This document shows, one piece after another, positions 58,721 through 64,000 of a stretch of DNA of 64,000 nucleotides. Within the stretch, counting starts at the first letter, position 1. The number at the start of each line of letters is the position of its first letter. The notes under the pieces are model-generated. The model was not told the DNA's origin. It saw only the letters and a list, made by a program, of their open reading frames with translations, and did not search any database. The DNA comes from Enoplolaimus lenunculus (taxonomy: Eukaryota). The DNA is taken from contig JASANG010001414.1 of the NCBI GenBank assembly GCA_030248215.1, positions 124,001 to 188,000 on the forward strand. The letters are read 5' to 3'. Position numbers and translations under genes: made by a program.

Positions 58721-61700
58721 ATGTTATCAAAAAGTGGTCTAAGAACAGAACAGGTAAGTGAAGACGCACCTTTTTGAAATCATTGAGTGAAAGCGGATTC
58801 ATAGGCTTTGTTTGAAAGTTTGTCATAGAATCTGTACAACATATTACGTTTTGAAATTCAAAGGCGGAATTGCTAGCTACTAAATAATTATTGTTTTACG
58901 TATGCGGTGAGTCGGTACCGGCAAGCCTCGGGATTTGAGGGTCTTGGATGTGATCTCGATTTTTTGAGTCTTCTCGGTTTGAAACCGTAAGTAGAAGTGG
59001 AGTATTCAGCAAATGTATCCCTGTATTGTTGATATTGTTGACGTAAGTGATGCATGATGAATAAAATTGCACTGTGAATCTAAGCATTTTCAGTTAGGCA
59101 ATAATTATGAGCACATATTCTGAACAACCGCAACAAACTTTGAAAAACACAAAACACTACGAAAAGGATTAATACCGAGGCCACCGGCCATGATGGAGAC
59201 AAGTAAAAACGTCATGCTGATGCTGCACATCGGTAAAACGCTGATGCATATTTGGTACCGTAGAAGAACGAACACATGTGTATAGTGTTGAGGTTCTTAT
59301 AAGGCATAAGTACAAAAAACCGCAGCATGTGACTGTGAGGTGGCGTGGCTCATTAGTTGCGCGCCGGACTGAGAATCTGTCGGCCATGGGTCATGTAATC
59401 GAAATCTCGTAAAAACGCCCCTCATTTTCAACAATAAGAACTCAGATGCGGATGCATGGAGGCAAATAAAAACCTCATGCTGATGTTACAAATCGGTAAA
59501 ACGCTGGTGAATATGTAATGCCTTCATATACAGATGCATTTAAACATGGAAGAACCAGAATGTGTATAATGCTGAGGTTCGTATAAGGCATACAAACAGA
59601 AAAACTCAGCAGTTGATTGTGAGGCGGTTTCGCTCAGTTGTAGCGCGCTGGACTGAGAATCTGTCGACCGTCGGTCATGGGATCAAAACCTTGTAATACG
59701 GCTCTTACAGCTGCTAGAACTGAGGTAGCCTACTCAACTTGTTAGTATATATTCTTATGTATTTCCTATGCCAAGTATGGTAATTAGGGCTACTCAATAA
59801 TTAATAAGCACAGGTATGTGCGTATTTATTTGGTATTTGCTATGGCAGTTAGGACATTATCTCGTAATATCATTTGTTGACGAGCTTAATTTTTACAGGG
59901 CAAATGTGTACAGCAAAATCAAACTGGGTCACCGATGAGGCGTAGTTCACGCGTTTGCGCTCTTCGAGCTATTCAGAAATTAAAATCAAGCGGTGAAGTA
60001 AAACAGAAAACTTATTCTGAAATGGAAGGCGATAGCGAATTAGATCGCAGTGATTCATCAGTATGTTGTTTTTGATTATTTATAGTCAACTTGCCGCTAA
60101 AACAATTTCTGATGTTAAGGTGTAACATTTTTTAATTTGTACGATCGGTACCGAATTGTGCAGGAGATTATATATGGCCATCAGATTATTTCAGGGGGCG
60201 ACGCGATAACAAAAAATGTCGGAGCCGGATAATCTAATATGCATTCGTCCGCATCCGGCTAATTTATTCTTATCTATTACTAGATGGCATTCAAATATCA
60301 GAACGTAACCAACAATTCTTTTTTAAATGGCCTAAGGTATCCAAATTGTTTACGTTACAAAGCTTAACATCTCACGCCGATGCATTCGTAGCACTTTGAA
60401 ATGAGCCCATTCCATTACTCTATGTTTTTGTGGCGTTGCGTTCAGTTACAATATATATTTGTTTGGCCCAAGGCTATGATTAATTACACCTATTTTTATG
60501 CTGAAGTTTCAAAGTTTTTTACGTTGAAGTTTCAAAGTTTGGCTTTGTCTTAGGAATAGGAATATATTGGCTAAGATGTATGTACTGTTACGCCGCTAAG
60601 ATAACACTGGCCAACAGTGATGGGAGTCTCGGTATTTGACAGGTCTTGGTTATGGTTTTTTATGTCTCGGTAGTTTGGAACCGAGACCAGAAGCCGAGAA
60701 TATTAGAAATAGTTTATTTTGAAAATTTTGTTTTTACGGCGATGCCAAAAAATAACCGAGACTGAGACTTTTCATGCCGGTTTCGGTAGGCAGGTCTCGG
60801 TTTTTAACCGATTATTGCAGCTGTCTTTCAAGTTTCACGTGTTATGAGATAAAATAAATGATTTTTTCTTTGGACGGAGTGACCAATCCAAACTCAGCCT
60901 GTCCAAATTGAAATAAGATCACGGCTTTCTATCGATTATTTTTTCACTTCAGAAGCTCTAATTTCATCAAAATCCACGGCTTCATCTTCAATTTACTAGT
61001 TAAATAGCAACAATACGTAACAAAAACGAAACTGGTAAAAAAATTTGTTTTACCTTCCTTAAAAACAGTCAAAGACAATTTCTCCAGCTGATTGATGCAG
61101 TGTGATTCAAAGCGGCTTTTAATAGATGTTGCAAGCTTAAGAGTGCTAATCAGGTTACTCGGTTTATTTGTAAGCAACAAATATTCGGCAAGGTAGATGG
61201 TAAAATACCGGAGCCGCCGAATATCCGATTGTACCCGGCTTTTTATGTACAGTGTATTGGTGTATATTCCTAACTTTTAAGAAGAATCGACACAGCCTCT
61301 TGTATCGGAAGGTATATCGGTTAACTTCCTTAAAACAACTTTGGTGTCTTTTTTGATAGGGTCAAGATCCAGGAGCGGATGGAGTTGCCGACGCAAATAA
61401 ATTCAATCAAGATATTGCAAACGGTTCTCGGAAGCGGACGGATTTATCTAGAAAACGAAAATTGGCGACAGAAGTTGCTGACTTGGATCCATCTAATACA
61501 CATTTTATAATTCAGCAACTTGGTAAGATTTATTCTTTACGATTTTACCTGTAAAACCACAATTTTGTAAATTCGTATTTTATAATTCAGCAGCTTAGTA
61601 AAATTTACTGTTTTCGCGTTCGGCGATTTTTCAAAAAATTCATATTGCATATACAATATAACGACTAATAAAACGAATATTCATTTGTTTACTAGAATGA

Positions 61701-63675
61701 TATAATACTAAAAATTTACATTTCAGTATTCTTAACTAGATTTTATTGAGGGAATTCACATGAATAAAATACGTAAATGTTAGTTATTTTACTAATTTTC
61801 ATTTTCGCGTGATCTATACAAACTTATATAATTCAAACAAAGGGCGTTCACCTGTGGGTCACTGAGGGGTGCATCCCAGCAGGCAGCTCACAGAGACATT
61901 GAAACAAATCTGTCGTGTTTTGATTCCATTTTCATAATTTGTGCGAAACTGCATTTGTACATAACACATATGGTAAAGACTCAGCGGCTCCTTGGGTGCA
62001 ATCAAAACAGCCCTATTACACATCAGTTTGGTAAAGCCTATGTTAGTTGGCCCCTAAATCTGAAAGTTTGTCCCATGATTTAGAACAAAAATGGGTCCTG
62101 CTTCTCGCTCACTGCGCTATTAATGTCTTTTCAGCTGCTACTAAAAGCGGACTATGTTCATTTGAGTTTCTTAATTTCTGTATGATTAGTTTCGAAAAAT
62201 GATAATTGAGCGAAGCGAAACGGGAAGCGTTTTATGTTTTGCACTCTGGGCTGGGGTCGAAAGGTGGATGTCCGTCTGTCCGTCCGAAAAGAATCTCAGG
62301 AACGGCTGAACCGATTTTGACAAACTTTTTTGTTTGAAAGCCAATTATCCTGGGGTGTTAACCTCGCATTGGGATTTTTAAATTTTAAGTCGTTTAATAT
62401 CTACAGGCTAATTTGTATAATTTGTTAAGCCTAAATTAGGACTTTCTACATTATTTCACTAATCATTACTGTTACAAGCAATTTAATTTCAGGATTAAAG
62501 GGTTTTGGGTGCGAGGAATCTAAACAGACTGTTTAAAAACCTTCAAAACCGATAATTGAGTAGTTAGCTAATAGATAATTTGCATATTAGTATAGTGTAT
62601 AAACCCAAATTAGATGCTGATGCTGATTAATTGGCACATTTCTACCCACTACGACTGGTTATTTATGTGACTAGTATACGCCACCTATATTAGAAACGCG
62701 CACTGCGGAATCGCAACTACATTTGAATTGGAATCAGTGTTTCATTAACACTATGGATATTTTTATTATTTGTGCTTGCGTGACCATATTATTGTTATTT
62801 TGTTTAGATGATGGTGAAGTTATAGTATTGAGCGACGATTCAGATGTATCTACTTTGAAGGATGAAGAACTTGAATTCATTAGATCTAATTATGAAAAAG
62901 TAATTATAATTAATTTTTTACGTAGGTTTCTCGTAGAAAATGGTGCAGCCAAAACACCGATTCCGATTCGAATTCCGATCCAAAACAAATTGTGATTCCG
63001 ATTGCGATAAAAATTCTGTATTATTTATCTATTAATGCTTTCTATAATCAATAATCGATTGTACTTTACCGTAGGAAAACCAAAAAGCATCGCCAATTTG
63101 TTCATGCGACGTGTTCGACAATTATTCGCAGCCAACATACCATAAATTAATATTATATTTCAAGTTTAAAGATGTAATTTGGTTTGGGCAAAAAGTGTTC
63201 AATTGGCTTTAAGTTTCTTTTTATACTCTGATTTACCTGCATTCATCCATTACGCATTTGCTTATATAATTCAAACCAGTTATTTCGGTACATATGTTGC
63301 TGTAATAAATACTAGTCCGCCGGCTTTGCGCACTGCGCATAAGTGATCCATTGCACAATAATCTACATGCAAAGTATCCTTTTGCAGAACAATAGCGTTT
63401 TTGTTCAAAGAAAATATTGAAATATTGTAGAAAAGTAATGTTGGAAAGTACCCAAATTACGAATCATGTGGGGCATTCTAGCTTTAATAATGTACATTTT
63501 CTTCTGGCATTTAACCATTATTGTTAAGATGGTCTGCTCTGAATTGACTATGGAACAAGTACGAGAGCGTCGAAATATGATTCGGCGCTTACAAGCAGAA
63601 CTTCGTGTCGAAGAAGCAAAGCTGGTTTTGTTGAAAAAGATGAGAATCAGTCAACAGCAACATCTAAACAACAAG
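58721..63675 (+). CDS. GATAD2: p66/GATAD2 (NuRD subunit; simjang/dcp-66 family), 5' part; continues beyond the window
   Basis: Exons 58721-58753, 59899-60060, 61360-61522, 62808-62899 and 63529-63675 join in frame. Motifs: RRSSRVCALRAIQKLK, EVIVLSD and the CR1 coiled coil ERRNMIRRLQAELRVEEAKLVLLKKMRISQ. Confidence 0.9.
59185..59744 (+). mobile_element. Two tandem degenerate family 3 LTRs
   Basis: atggag.caa.taaaaac.tcatgctgatg...tgaggttc.tataaggc...gtgagg.gg....gctca....gcgcgc.ggactgagaatctgtcg occurs twice. Confidence 0.75.
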
Positions 63676-64000
63676 GTTTGTCGGTCGGCACATGACGATG
63701 TCTGAATTTTATCAATAACGGTGGCATAAACAAATTTTGAATTTTACTGCCGATAAATAAGACTTTTAATTCTGCAAGTTATTTGTTTAAAAATATTTAA
63801 TAAATTTGGAAAATGCGAAAATATATCTCAAGCCTCAGCCGTTATTTTAGAGCCGAATGCATTCAGGGCTGTCTAAAGTCAACCACAGGATACCAAATTT
63901 ACCGAGGCGCACAGTTTATTGTCCAAGGGGAGGGGATTGATCGTGATGAAAATTGATTGCTCACTTTCTTTGTTAACGAATTTTGAAGGTTTAATGAAAT

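Overview
AT-rich, intron-rich animal DNA. It is most likely a nematode, inferred from abundant TTAGGC hexamers and a dcp-66-like RRSSR motif in p66. Host genes read from the sequence: an intronless Cys-rich secreted or GPI-type ORF (4707-5582 +), a Snail-family zinc-finger gene (12415-15515 -), a bestrophin (31804-~37782 +), a 13-exon alanine aminotransferase (46695-55866 -) and the 5' part of p66/GATAD2 (58721 onward, +). Two observations stand out. (1) A decayed L1/Tx1-type retrotransposon (~39596-44246 -) has an ORF1 (RRM-like region plus CCHC knuckle) that runs into a NADAR/YbiA-like domain, and it is inserted inside a MITE. (2) At least three families of miniature LTR elements (TRIMs) have TG..CA LTRs of about 240-300 bp that carry a tRNA-like A/B-box cassette, plus a PBS and about 100 bp of non-coding internal sequence. 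They are nested into each other's tRNA-like segments at 56.4-57.7 kb. The rest of the window is dense with MITEs, including 8-bp-TSD families carrying telomeric TTAGGC arrays, and a 1.1 kb 9-bp G-rich minisatellite. All family assignments come from manual motif reading; no database searches were run.
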